Below are positions 48,901-62,106 of a DNA stretch of 64,000 nucleotides, piece by piece (within the stretch, counting starts at the first letter, position 1; each line of letters begins with the position of its first letter). The notes below the pieces were generated by a model. That model saw only the letters and a program-made list of their open reading frames with translations. It did no database searches and was not told where the DNA came from. This stretch comes from Iphione sp. A-MEVVRFRX5 (taxonomy: Eukaryota): the NCBI GenBank assembly GCA_976226885.1, contig OZ320322.1, positions 42,036,001 through 42,100,000 of the forward strand, read 5' to 3'. Made by a program: the position numbers and the translations under genes.

Positions 48901-51335
48901 CCGGGTCAATTTGCTTCTCCTTGTTCACTGCCTGTTAACTTTTAATGTGCAATACCTTGAAAGACATAACCGATAGTTTAAACATAAAGCCAGTTTTCGA
49001 CCTCGGTCCTCAAGTGAATCTATCAGTATTCGATATACACATATTCACGTGTTATTGGTTGGTAACACATTAATAAAAAGTATTTGACGTATCGTGCCTC
49101 ATTGTTAACACAGTAAAGCCGATTTAAAGTATCGTACCAGTCCCTGCAACGAAGGAAAGGAATGATTCCTTTTTTTCGCTACTTTATGATGTGAAAATCG
49201 CGGTTTAGGGGCATATTTACCATACAGGAACGTTCGTAGCGTGCAAAAAAAGAAAACACTTCTCCTGTGATATAAAAACCATATAGAAATGATTAATTAA
49301 CGTACACCTCAGGAAAAATAAACAAGCGCAAGTTGAAAAGACTTATAGAACAGCATCGCCCCCGTGTGATTCCAAGGCTCATTCAACCTAGTGGCGCCAT
49401 CTGAAGTTTTCCTTGGACAGTTCCAACCCACAATAACCCTAAGTATCATCGTAATTTTTCAATATCAGGTTCCTGGTTTGAAAAGGAAAGATTTGCCGTA
49501 GACCTAAATCGATGTGATTATTAAGAGTGTAATCAGTTAACAGAGGAACAGAATAACTCCTCAGACACGGAATTAATCTAAATACGATGTTTGTTGGTTG
49601 ATGGAAGGATTCCCTCGTTGAGAGTACTTGAGAGAATGAGACTCCCACGTTGAAAGAGGCGAAACATGCTTTCAATGTAATTGAAAAACTCCCCTTAATT
49701 TAGTAGAATTTGGTCTGGAAGTTGTGCCAGCATATTGAAGAAAAAAAAACTTTCACTAAAGTTGGTCGTATTTTTACGGCATTCACATTTTCGCGTTTTG
49801 TGTTTGTACTACTGCTTGTGATAACCTATTTTCAATGATCACATGTCTCTTTCAGTACTGAATTCCGGACTTGGGCAGAGAGTAGGCCCGTGAGGAAAAT
49901 ATGACCTTCCTCCTCCTAGAAATTTAACGTCTACTGAGTGCACCACGACCAACCTCCAATGCGAACTGCCTTGACGAGCCTATTGCTCTCCGCCGGCCTA
50001 TAGGGGCACGTACATTCATACTACGAGGGGAAAACCTCGTCACCATGGTAATCCCCCACCTTGTGATCTGAGGAGGAGGGCACCGCCTGCTGTAATCACC
50101 AATGGGACATGGGATCGGGCCCCAACTTTCCACTCGGTGCCCGATGATTCATGACTTCGCCCGGGCGGCAGAATCTGTTCAACTCTGCGCATGCGTGAAG
50201 ACTTTTCCCTCCTAATCCTCAGCGGCGTCTCCTCGGACGGCTTTTCATAAACCCCAATGGCGGGTAATTCGCTATCGACTGCGGCTGGAATTGGAGCTCT
50301 TTGTCGCGCAGTGCTTTGATCTGGCCCCGCCATCATCGGCCCGACGTCGACGATCGCTCCCGGCAGGAGAAACACATCCCTAGATGGACTTTACCGACTG
50401 CTTTATCGCAAAATAATTTCTCCGTTTGCTGTGTGACAGCCCTACTGATGAAAAGGGTCCGCTGACTTGTCTAGTGGATCGGAAAGTATTTGCCGAAACC
50501 AGAGTGGCCCTAACGATTTCTTGTGTGATGTTTTCTTGTTTTATACCGCCTTAATTTCCCGAGGAGTATGAATTGAGTATTGCTGAACGAAACACCCTTC
50601 TTAGATATTTGTAGTTATTATTAAGGAACTAATAGGCTGCGAATTCCTTAATTTTATTAGCAGGCGGTCATGTTCTTGGACTCAGCTAGAATAACTGCAA
50701 GTGTCTCTGGTGATTTGTTTTCATTAAAGATCATATCATATTATGGAGAGATCCTCTACGAATAAAAGGGAATTGGCTTTGCATAACATTCAAGTCAGGT
50801 TCGACTGTTCTGTAAGCACTGCCCATTTTGCATATTGTTTCTTTTGAGGGGAATTTGGGAGGATGCTTTTTTCCTGGTCAAATAGTTTTGATTTTGCTCT
50901 CCTGTTCGACTGAATGGTGACTCCAGATGTCCCTTTGTCAAAAGTTACAAAGGATGTACGTGCTTTAATGGAGTTTACCCTGGCCGTGTTGTCGACCGCA
51001 GCTTATTTGATCAGAAAGCAGTAGGGACTGATGTTCGCTCAGAGTGGTAGAAGACTGCAAAGAAAAGACAGATTCGCCCAAAAAGGAGATTGAGGAATGA
51101 GAATGGCCTCAAGGACGAAAAAAGCGAACGATGAGGTGAAGTGACCATGTTGGATGGAAAGGAGAGAAGGAAAGGGGCCACTCCTTTAAAGGGTTCCTCC
51201 AGGGAGGGGCATTCAGATGGAAGTAAATACTGGGTTTTTGTAAGGACGCCCTCCTCAAGGGTGGTCATGTTTTCAAAGGCACACTTTAGGTGAAGGAATC
51301 CGGCCGCGCATACAGATGACTCCGGCGCCCGAGTT

Positions 51336-51374
51336 GTCGTCATGGTAACGAGTCTTCCGCTCAACAGGGGGCGC
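51336..51374 (+). promoter_or_regulatory. RFX X-box-like site plus CTCF-like motif
   Basis: GTCGTCATGGTAAC (51336-51349, 11/14 to GTTGCCATGGCAAC) and TCAACAGGGGGCGC (51361-51374, 12/14 to the CTCF core), within a CpG-rich block. Confidence 0.3.
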
Positions 51375-51464
51375 CACGCTAGCGGCGATCGATGCCGACC
51401 GGGCCTCGTTCGGGGCGCGCTCGCCAGGGCGCTGCGTCTCGTTGATGGTGTATCTGAGCAAGGG

Positions 51465-51502
51465 AGGTCGTTTGAAGGTCAGCGACGGTCATTTGAAGGT
51501 CA
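51465..51502 (+). promoter_or_regulatory. Four nuclear-receptor half-sites in DR5-DR4-DR5 arrangement
   Basis: AGGTCG-tttga-AGGTCA-gcga-CGGTCA-tttga-AGGTCA; the two DR5 units share the same spacer (21-bp duplication). Confidence 0.35.
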
Positions 51503-54500
51503 TGTGCGATGGGACAGGCTGCAGTCATGTGATGGGGCTGAGGTCGCCGGAGGGTGGGCGGGGAAAGGGGTCATTATTATTAGCCGGTCAGGCCGCTGGT
51601 GGGAGAAGTGAGCGGTTATCATTTGACTCATCCAGAGACTCCTGTAGCCAGGCCATGTGGCTTTGATGATAGACAGATGACAGGGTGGAAGACAAGCGCT
51701 CGCAATCGGCCTCCGCTAAAAAGCACGCTAACGTGACTGTTCGGCTCATCAGTCAACAGTAATTGTTTTCACACCCGCCATTCGCAGGAGGAAACCAAAT
51801 CCATTGTCATCGGTTTCTTTTGAGATGGTGGCACTGGCAGAGAAGAAACATTCTTTCTTTCATGGTTCAAGATGACGTGGGAACCGCAGGCTATAGAGTC
51901 TATCTGCCAAATTCGCCTCCTTCAGTTATAGCCGAGTTTTGCTCTCTGTGTCAGAATGGCAATGTGAAAATGTGGCTTCATCGAGGCGAGGAAGAATTGA
52001 ACTTAGACTAAGATGTTATGTAATATCCGGCGATGTCAGAGGCCAGAGTACGTGCGTAGTATAACAAAAGCGGGTTTATTTTCAGGCTGACATGTCTGTC
52101 GAACGTATATCCGTTCGAGAAGCCATTTAGCTTGGTATGAAAATGAAAATGTCTCGGTGTGATGATTGAATTGATGTTTATTCGGAAAAGGTCTCACCTC
52201 AGTATGATGATAGGATCCCAGAGTCATAGACTCAAAAGTAAGAAGTACCGAAGGTGTGAGACCATGTGCCCCGCTTACGTGAAATATATGGACAATTATT
52301 CAGGGAGGCGCGTGCATTAGAATTGGCCTTTGTGGGCTAGTCATCTAACCTGTCCCCGTCAGTTCCTGGTATGGGCCGTCAAGGTGACGATAGGGCTGCT
52401 CGGCCGAAGAGCGATGACACACCAGTGACTGCTACTATCTAATGCATGAGACCACCTGACAGTACCATGACGCATGCTGATCCATGGAGGAGCAGCCCGG
52501 TTCGGCCGGTATAGACGGCGGGTCCTTCTTCTTCCTCCTCCTCCTGTTTGGTCCCTCAGAGCTCAGTCGACTAATTTAACTGACAGAGTTTCCCGCCCGG
52601 AAGAGATGACTCATGAAAGGGGTCCGCGACGGCCTAGTTCGTGTCGCTCCCGCTAGGAGGGGCGCACTGATTTGCATATCAATCAGGCCAAATCAAACAG
52701 GTGCCGGGAAGCGAGTCAACAGTCGGGTGTCTAAAGGTCAGATAACCTACTGTTGGCCTTGGGTTTTACTTCAAAGGAATGCCAAGAATGCAAATGTAAA
52801 GAATGCAAATACGATCGACAAACGGGCATGCTAAATTTCCCCGTCAAATTACCCACTGTTTTCTGCCTTCAGTGATTTTTGTCTTGCATTGGGAAAGGGT
52901 AAACAACCATTCTATCCAACTGGAAATCGTTGGAAATAAATCCCATCCTGCGCACTATTGAGCGAGACTCTGCCAGCACAAGCTGTTAGCACAGTATCTA
53001 GCAGTGGTAGGGGTAGAGGGCTAGATATTTGGTGGCCGAGATATATGTGTTAATGCCTGCTAGGGGTTATGCCCTGCTTCTGAAGGGCGGCACGCTCCTG
53101 GCCTGTCACTATGAGAAGGGATCAATCAGCAGCCTCCTGTACACGCGGCGAAGGAGGGTGGGCGGGTGGGAGGAAAAGGTTGGCGGGCTGGCGGGTGGGC
53201 TGGGCGGGGGAAGGCGTGAGTCGAGGGCGGCCGACTGACCGCGCCCTGGCGGTCGCCACCACGGGGACCTGTGGCATTTACCTCAGTAACGGGGTGTGAT
53301 TGGAACCTTTATTAGGTGGCCAGTCCGCACGTTGCACGGCCGGGATCACGCTGCATCCAGGGTTATTTGTGTAAGCAAGGGTGATAACGGAACCATTTGC
53401 CATGATATGTGTTGGTAAGGCCTCTGTTACTGTGATAATGTCCGGCAGGAACATTACGTCGTTGTGATATAAGTGCACTGGATGTTGAGGGAACGGCCGC
53501 TGACTTGTTTGGTTTTCATGCTTTTCTGAATAGAAAGAACAGCAATGTAGTCGATCAGACTTCCAATAAGGGAACAACGAGATAGCGCGTAGATTGTTCG
53601 TGAAGATACATTTTCTACGTAAACTAAAATTAATCCATATTGGGGGCAAATGCATGTAAACCAGGAAGACCGGGAATAATTTGTACAGTTATTATCATTC
53701 TCAAACGGATTGTGGCGTTAGAACTCGTCCGACCTTGTAGCTGACAATCATCATTACCTGTCATTCTCCTTCCATACAATATGGTCATTTATGGTCCTAT
53801 AGCATCAGCTGCTGCTAATTAAATGGCGGGCATCATGAATAATAAATCTTACGGTTACAAATAGAAACATCTCTCTCTGAGTACCATCAGGGCATCTTGG
53901 CATTCAGCCCTATGTCCCTGAATGTTCCTGAGTCACAAGTTGTGTGTGTGTGAATGCGTGTCAATGTTAGTGTCTGTGTGTTGTGTTTAGCCATAATTGT
54001 GTAGTATTTTTTGCAAATTTCTTGAAACTGAGCCATAACTTTGTAAACTTTGCAGTTTATATACAAATCATATACAGTTACATGTATCTCTTAGCCTGAG
54101 TCCAATCCTAACCCAATCTTCTATATGCTACTGGTGCGTGCGTGTGTGCATATGTGAAATCTATGCTCATTTTGGACATTACAAGTTGCATGCACCAGGA
54201 AAATGTTTGCATATACAACACCTATAGAAATTCAAGTGCTTATTCATATATTCGCATAATTTCTCACATGCACAAACCCCGACGTACATGCACTCATCGA
54301 TACCCAGTCTTATATTACACATATTGTCCAATATGATTATAAAGTCGAATTAAGAATTAATTATTTTCTACTCAACTGTGTAAATCGATATACTTTAATA
54401 TTGAGGAGTTTCATTCGAACCAGAAAATTATTGCTACTGGCCTGGAGCTCTGAAGTTACAAAACACTCTGGGATCCGGATGTTACACGATTCTACTATGG

Positions 54501-55335
54501 ATTAAATGAGGTAAACCCCCTTCGGCTCTTATGGCTCTAAAAAGACTATTCTATAGATTTGTGTAATATTCATTTTATAATTGCACGATTATGCAGATAG
54601 ACTCCGCATTTAGTAGACAAATGTCGGTCGTGGAGATGTTTTCACGCATAATTTTGTGTAATTGAGAGGGAAAAAGCAGCCCTTATGATTCTAGAATTAC
54701 ACCATGCCCTGAATTGATCAATATGGTTTGTGCGTTGCATTACCTCATTCTGTCCCGATTGCCTTGCGGTGCTTACCGAATCTATGCATGTGCTCTCCGA
54801 AGCCTTGCATGGTTGTACTGTGCATAAACACCGTCTGTTATACCTAGTCACTGACCGTAAGGCTTGAACGACAAGACCTTTCACCTGTTCCCGGACTATG
54901 CAGCATCTCTGGACATCACAGCAACCAATTCTAAGCACTTCATTTCAATCATCTCACGATCCATGAATGCATGAATAAGACGTCTTAATAACGCAATCGT
55001 GCTGATTCATAATTGATCGTGACATATCAACACAAGTACGTTTTCACAGCAGAAAACAATACAATTACCATCGAATATTTTTCAACAGAGAGGTAATTCA
55101 TTCCTATCGGAGCGCAGTCCGCTTTCCAGCACGCAGTTTCCTAATGATCACATCATCTTCCTCGCGACCATTGTTTCAGATCGAATACAAAGATTCATGC
55201 CTTTAATTAGTCGAGTTTAATAGAGAAATTGCCTTTCATTCTGGAAATAATTGCCGCTGAGGGAGACAGGATGCTTGAAGTGTTAACCGTTGATTTTTAA
55301 CAAGAGAGGACGAAGGGCACGATAAGGGACATCCC

Positions 55336-55423
55336 CCACCACCTACCACCACCACCACCACCACCACCACCACCACCACCACCACCACCACCACCACCAC
55401 CACCACTACTACCACCACCATCA
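55336..55423 (+). repeat. (CAC)n trinucleotide microsatellite
   Basis: About 28 CAC/TAC/CAT units; produces the poly-Val ORF on the minus strand. Confidence 0.95.
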
Positions 55424-58400
55424 TCCCAAATCCATTAGACTCAATCCCTGAAGACGATAATGAAAACTGAGAAGTCCCCACTGATCGCCTCACATTGAAA
55501 CATCCATCTCGCTCTGCCGCCATGTCGTCGAGATATTAAAGCATGTGGCTCCATGTGATGCGACCAGTAATGCAAGACATTCAGCGGAGGTAATTAATCA
55601 CCAGTCTGTCTGACAGCCTGGGATCAAGGATAAGCAGGCAGCAATAAGAAGATACCGCTACACCCGCAGTTTAGACCGCCCAGAAAAATGTGCCCTGACC
55701 AAGATTGGATATTAATTTAAATAGCGTGCTAAAATTCCCCATATGTTATGAGCAGTATATATCAATGCAGACCTGCTAGAACACACTAGATTCCATCTGG
55801 CTTTGGTAGACAGGACATCCATATGCTGTGCTTCCTTTTGTTACACATGGATCCCTGGATCTAATGTTCTTTACCACAGGTCTCTGGATACTAGGCATGG
55901 GTTATACCATGTCCCCTTTTCTGCACCATGGGCTCTCTCTCTCGATGGTCTGGAGGTCGCCATGGTGGATGACTCATACCCACTTTTATACCGCAAAATT
56001 ATATTTAGAAGCAGACGCACGCCCTATAAACTGCCAATTTGCGCCACCTCGGACGGGCCGCGGCCCTTTATGGTTGGTTAGTCTCTCAGTGTCAGTAGTA
56101 TAGAAGAATGGAACATTTCTGCTGGCGCATCGGCGCCATGGCCGCTGTTATTGAGTTAGCAGCTTCCGTCTGGCTTCCGGGAAGGTCATGTGAAGGTGAA
56201 TAACAGGGAGCAATTGGTTACGGGGACGTGGTCCAAGGGTATATGATCCTCTTAGTGGCACGCATAGAAACGTTTGGTAACAAGAAAATGTGGGATCAGG
56301 GACTCCCTGATCGCATCCAAATAGATCCTCCGCCCCGGGGGGCGTGGCCTCTCAGGTCTTTGGCATGCCTGAGTCTCTGGACTGTTTCAACGACCACATT
56401 CTCCTGATGGTGAATTGGGCACATTCTGAGCGTTGTATATGTGGAATCGAACATTTCCACTTTATGACTTGATCCCCATAGCAATCCGTCTCTTACCATT
56501 CACCGCACAGCTGAGCCTCCCAAATTAGGAAACGTCTTGGTTTTTGTGTTGGCCTTCACTTGAAAGGAAACCATGAGTTATGGCGCTCCGTCAGGATGTA
56601 GTTGTTGTTTCTTTCTTATCCTGGATGCCATTCACAACGGCCGCTTTAGTCGATTGCTTTTCCAAGAAAAAAAAACAGCTAAAAAAAGAGTCGACAAGCC
56701 GAAGATCAACGATGGCAACTGGGAGCCATTTACTATGGAGAAAAATAAGTATACGCAACATGCGTAAACCAACAGAATTCTCTGGCGGACATAAAACTGT
56801 GTTGTGGTGACTGGCGATAACTGTAAAAACTACACGAAAGTATTAATCGTTAGTAATTACTACAAGTCTACTGAGCTCCCCGACGTTCTTCAGTAGAAGA
56901 CTATTATGGACATGTGATGACTCATGGACTAGCAAAAAACACTGAACGTCTTGTATGTCGTGAGATTTAATAATTCACCAATGCGATATCAGTGGGGAAA
57001 AGATTACAGTCTAATCTTAAAATAAGTGTGCAGTTGCTCAAGCCCATTTGTAAAGGAATCGCCTTCTTATTTCACACATCTCTGATTCTATAAGTAGCTA
57101 CTTATGAGAACCTTGTACCTTAAAAGATGGTTAAGTGTAAAGAGATATCTTTTAAATGCCGCTTCTACAATGAGGCTTCTAGTAGGTACATTTTAGTGCA
57201 TACATACATGAAGTGGAGGTGATGTTGTTTTATGCTGTTACTTTCAATTTCACACCATAACTACAGAATCGAATTCATAAATTATCCTGGTACTTTACAT
57301 TTCGAAACCGTGAAAAAATAATACTTTTTACATAGAAGAATGAACTAAACAACTGGACGGACATTTCTTATTTTTGTATCTTGTATTTGTGACCTCACTC
57401 GAGAGCCGGGGAGGTAAAAAGTCGGAACATATGACCGCCACGATCTTTCGCTCTATATGCGTGTTCAGATGCGCCCGTGGAGATGCCCTTGATCTGACCG
57501 CTGACCTTCCATGACCTTGCGGGCTATTATCAATCTACGAAAGGTCGCCAACCTACTTTGCACTACTGTTTTGTAAGCATAGCAGCAATAGACAAGCTAA
57601 AAGCCTGCATCAATATTTTCTTCTTGGGGTCTCTAGGTTGGTGGCTATACAAAATTAATACAGATTTTTTTTGTCTTTTATATAATGTCTGCACAGTGAT
57701 TAATGTCTGTTGACATTGCCATATATATACATTACTTACTGCAACATTAGAGTGACGAGGGAATTTGTATCCAAGTTTCCTTATCCAGCTGGCTAAAGAC
57801 ATGAGAGGCGGCATGTTTAGAGCTCGTTTGTGCGAGGGTGTCAGGTGCGGGTGAATAAGGGCAAAAGGGGAACAAATGAGAATAATCAATGAAATCAATG
57901 TATTACAGCTATCACGTCAGCCACGATCTATAACAGATTATGATAGAATAGAATAATATTTAATCAACAAAGGCTCCCGCTAGTTTGTAGGGTAGATATA
58001 TCCTAGGTACATAGGTAGACATATCCTAGATTATTAGGTTACTGGAAACATGCTTTCGGACAGATTGTCATCATGAAAATATTTTCACCAATATGGGTAT
58101 TACCCTTGGGGAAACACCCAAACAAGACGCCCGGAGAACGTGATATATAGGAACTCGAGTGTGTAAGGCAGAGCGGTCCCACAGAGGGGTCTTTCCCCCT
58201 GGGCCCGCGTCTCCTTCCGACTTCAGAGGAGGTCATGTATGGATAAATACCCTAAGCCTGTGGGAAGGTATCATAATATGTCCATGGTATTGTTAAATCA
58301 TCTCTCAACAGCGGACAGAGGTTGCTCAGCGTAATTAGTATTTGGACTCCAGGGAGCCATAGTTGCAGGTGGTTAAACTCAACATAGTTTCTACAGAGGA

Positions 58401-59239
58401 TATCTCAATAGGAAGTTCCGACTCTATGATGTCCGTATCTTCTGCTCCTTTGTGATTTGAAAAGAGGTTTCGGATCCCGTTTGCATTTCCCCGTGGCTAT
58501 TCCCAATCTCGTGTGAATGACACTTGAATTTCTACTTTATCGATTTTATGCTGAACCGAAAGCTTCACATTCCAATGGTCTATGCAGACATAGTTTTTGA
58601 GGTTAAACTATTGTAGCTGACACTGAAGTTTACCTTTTTGTGGTTTTCAATTTAAATAAACGTTATTAAATAAAAGTTATGTAATTACTGTACCTGGGAA
58701 TGTCATATAGATTACAATACACGTACATGTGTACTATTTTCTGGTATCCATAACTCGTTTCTTGAATTATATAGTCAATTCCTCATTTAAAAAAACAATT
58801 CAAAGCGGAGTGAGACCTATACAGTAGTTATACAAAGCCTTTCGCATACCCAGCTTATCAAATTTTCCGTCTCACTTCTGAAGGGTCACAAAGTCACGAA
58901 ATGCTTGTACATGTATAGAAAACATCATAAAATAAATAGATTTACAATGATGAGAGGTCCACGATTTATACCAAGCAATAGCTACAGCAAGGTACATGTG
59001 CCAAGAACTTACCTTAATTTTCGATGAGCGGCTAATTCAAGACATGTATCGCCATAATGCAACGATAAATACACTATAGAAACTGCATGAAGTCAACAAA
59101 AGCCGTAACTGTGCAGTTTAAACAGAACAAGGTACATGTGCACAGTCGTCTTCTGTGTGTACCACATTTCTTAAGGGACCAGGAAATAATACAGGTGGAG
59201 TGACGAAGGCTACGTGACTAATATAGAGTCATAACAGAC

Positions 59240-60740
59240 GGGCTCGGCGCCGCATATACATCAACTCGGCTTTCAACGGCCGCTGCTACCCGTAGACGCG
59301 TATAGGTAGCACACGTAGACCTCCCGCAGCCTGCCTGCTGCCCTTTTCTAGGTTCTCCCATCCATGCCCCAGCCGCTTATAGTCCACTCCGACCCCGGAG
59401 CTCAAGCCGACAGATTAATCTTCCCCACGAATGGCCGAGGGCGATGAGAGGTGATAGCACCGAGCAAGAGATGCTATCAACAGGAGGTTAGGCGGAGGGC
59501 CCGGTGCTCGGGGAAAGGGCTGTTGGGGTAGGTAGTGTTGGGGGTGGGGGGTGGTGGAGGGTAGAAGGTTTGAGTGGCAACGAGCGTCCGATGAGGCACT
59601 GGCATCGCCAACGCCACACGGCGGCCCGCTTTGTGAAAACATGGGGCTGACATGGTACGTCGATGCGTACACAGCTCGCCGTAGAGGCCACATTTCAACC
59701 GTGGGAATGGACAGATGTGAACGAGAGTGTGCGCATTTAGTGGCCATTTGGATGTGTCCGTATGTGTTTCTCTACCCCCTTCCGTTTTAGTCCTTCCCGT
59801 ACGAGCGGGATTGGGGGCTCAGGGTTCGAGGTGACAGTCACCCCGCTGACGACGAGCTGTTAGTGCTTCTATTGATTTAGGGGCCCCGTGCCTTGTAAAC
59901 TCGGCGACCAGGCGCGGAGAACGTGCAGGCCGCGTGCGCTACCGAAGTGGGAGAGAGATCCGACCTGCAGGGGAGAAGTAGGAGCAGCAGGCGGAAGCGG
60001 AGGAGGGGCTGACGCTTGTAGCAAGCAGCGCGGGTCTGTGACGCTCTACCGGCGCCTGGGAGGGCGGGTTGAGACGCCACCAGACGGAGCGCCACTAGCT
60101 GGCTGGGACCAGGTGGGCTCCCCACCCAGACGCCAAAGAGACGCCAAGGAGTGCGCGCCTGGTATAAGCAAGCTGGGTGGACAGCACAGCTGGAGCTCAC
60201 CTCCTGCCAACCTCAGCCACACGTAGCGACTACTCCAGGGCGGCGGTGTATGTGTGTGTGCCCATACAGAGCCGGTAGTGGGGAGTCGTGCAGCGGGCGC
60301 CACTGCTTCCTTACAAGAAGACATACACCAGTCAGAATACATTATATCGTCGCTATCCATCCCTGGCTCTTTCTTTCATATCGTCTTCAAAACGGCCCCT
60401 ACAATAAGACTATTGCCTTCCCCTAACCTGGCTCGAGCAATACACCTCTGAGGAGAAAAAAGGACGGAACAGCGGAGCTGCTGCTGAGTTTAGTGCCACA
60501 GCCGGGCCTGCCTGCGAGTTGCTCTTCCCATCGGGAGAGCAGCTCGCTCTGCTGACTACAAGAGGCCTCTCGCCGCGTCCTGCCAGGAGCTACCTGCCCG
60601 CCTGACGGCCACCTGTTGGGAGAAGCGGGCCGTCGCCTTTGTCAGCCCAACGACGGACGAGCGCACCGTTGGGATTTACCTGAGTCATTAGGCAGTGGCT
60701 TCAAATGAGACCTGCACAGTGACGGGTGAGTTATGGCGCC
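59240..60740. promoter_or_regulatory. Long CpG-rich island, candidate promoter/first-exon region of an unidentified gene
   Basis: About 1.5 kb GC/CpG-rich; G-run cluster 59510-59562; TATAAG at 60163; candidate donors GG|GTGAGT (plus, about 60726) and AG|GTGAGC (minus, about 60200). No recognisable ORF. Confidence 0.35.
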
Positions 60741-62015
60741 AATATCATTACCCTCATTCTTCTCTACCGAATACACTATTAGACTACGTTTGCTTGTAAG
60801 CGCCAACCTAACGAAGGAAACGAATACAATGCGGGTTCCCTATACTCATCCAAGTTAAGTATGTACTGAGTATGAGGAAGTAGGATACGGGTGTTAAATC
60901 CTTATCTATTTATAACTTTATGTTTCACTCCTCCTAAAAGAAAGCCATACTGGCTCGGAGTCAATTGCAGAGAAGACCGGTTAATTTGGCAATCATTTCG
61001 CCAGTAGGAAGACGTTAATACCACATAAAGACGTCAGTCGTGACGACGACCTTTATTAAAAGTAACGGTTTTAGAATCGCTCGGACCCAAAATAGAAAAC
61101 GGTGCTCTACGGCTCTATCGAATTCAACTCCTGTTGAATGTGAGGCTCAAGTTGTTTTTCTCTGGTCCCAATAAGCCCAGGGCGCGCAGTCCAAGGGATC
61201 TACTACCATACCCTTTGTGACATTTGTGTCTACTACTCAATATGCTTTGTCATAAACTGAGATTGTGTTGGCATTAATAGTGAGCTAATTTCCAGAAGCA
61301 TGTGGGCCAGCTGTCAAAGACTTGTGTTTCTTTTTGCTCAGGATAGGTTCCAGAGACTGAGGACTGATAAGGATTTCAATTCATACGTCTACATTTTTTA
61401 TTTACATGTGAATACAATACCGGGCCTTTCTCTCAATACCATGTCATATGTTCGTGATTGCCTCAAAACATGAGGATGTAATCATTCTGTAATATAGTGA
61501 AGTCTTTTCTCCCCCTTTTAATTTCAAATTATTGAATTGTAGGACAGCTCCAACTTTGGATGTATGACATGTAATAGATTCAAACTTAAGTTATACATGT
61601 ACTCAGGTATGAGATATATGTATGTACTCGAACTCATTAATATGCAGAATATGGTATTTGATGGATCATGATCAAATCCTTAAGTGGTCGGTATGTAAAA
61701 GGTAAAATGAAATGCCTAGTAGCTAAACACGATACATGCTTGCATAAAGAAGGCATGAAAAAGTGTGCACATTTTAGCGATGAGCATGTACATAATGCCG
61801 TATGGCAAAGAAATACTTCCAGAAAAACAACAGCCGGTGTATTTAGTGTCAACTCGATATACATGATAGAAATGGATTAAACCTGGAAGAAACCTTTTGC
61901 ATTCTTGGCGTGATTATGAAACAGTACACATGTTCTAGTGATACGAATGTTCGAATATGATTGTGTACCTCGCATGCAGATTGTTGGGGCTGTCGATAGG
62001 GGATGGGAGGAAGGG

Positions 62016-62106
62016 GGGAGAGAGAGGGAGGGAAGGAGGGAGGGAGGGAGAGAGAGAGGGAGGGAGAGAGAGAGGGAGGGAGGGAGGGAGGGAGGGAGGG
62101 AGGGAG
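62016..62106 (+). repeat. Compound (GGGA)n/(GA)n microsatellite
   Basis: gggagggagggagagagagaggg... run of about 90 bp. Confidence 0.9.

Noticed and set aside
55236-55523. Poly-Val ORF
   Set aside because: Translation of the (CAC)n microsatellite.
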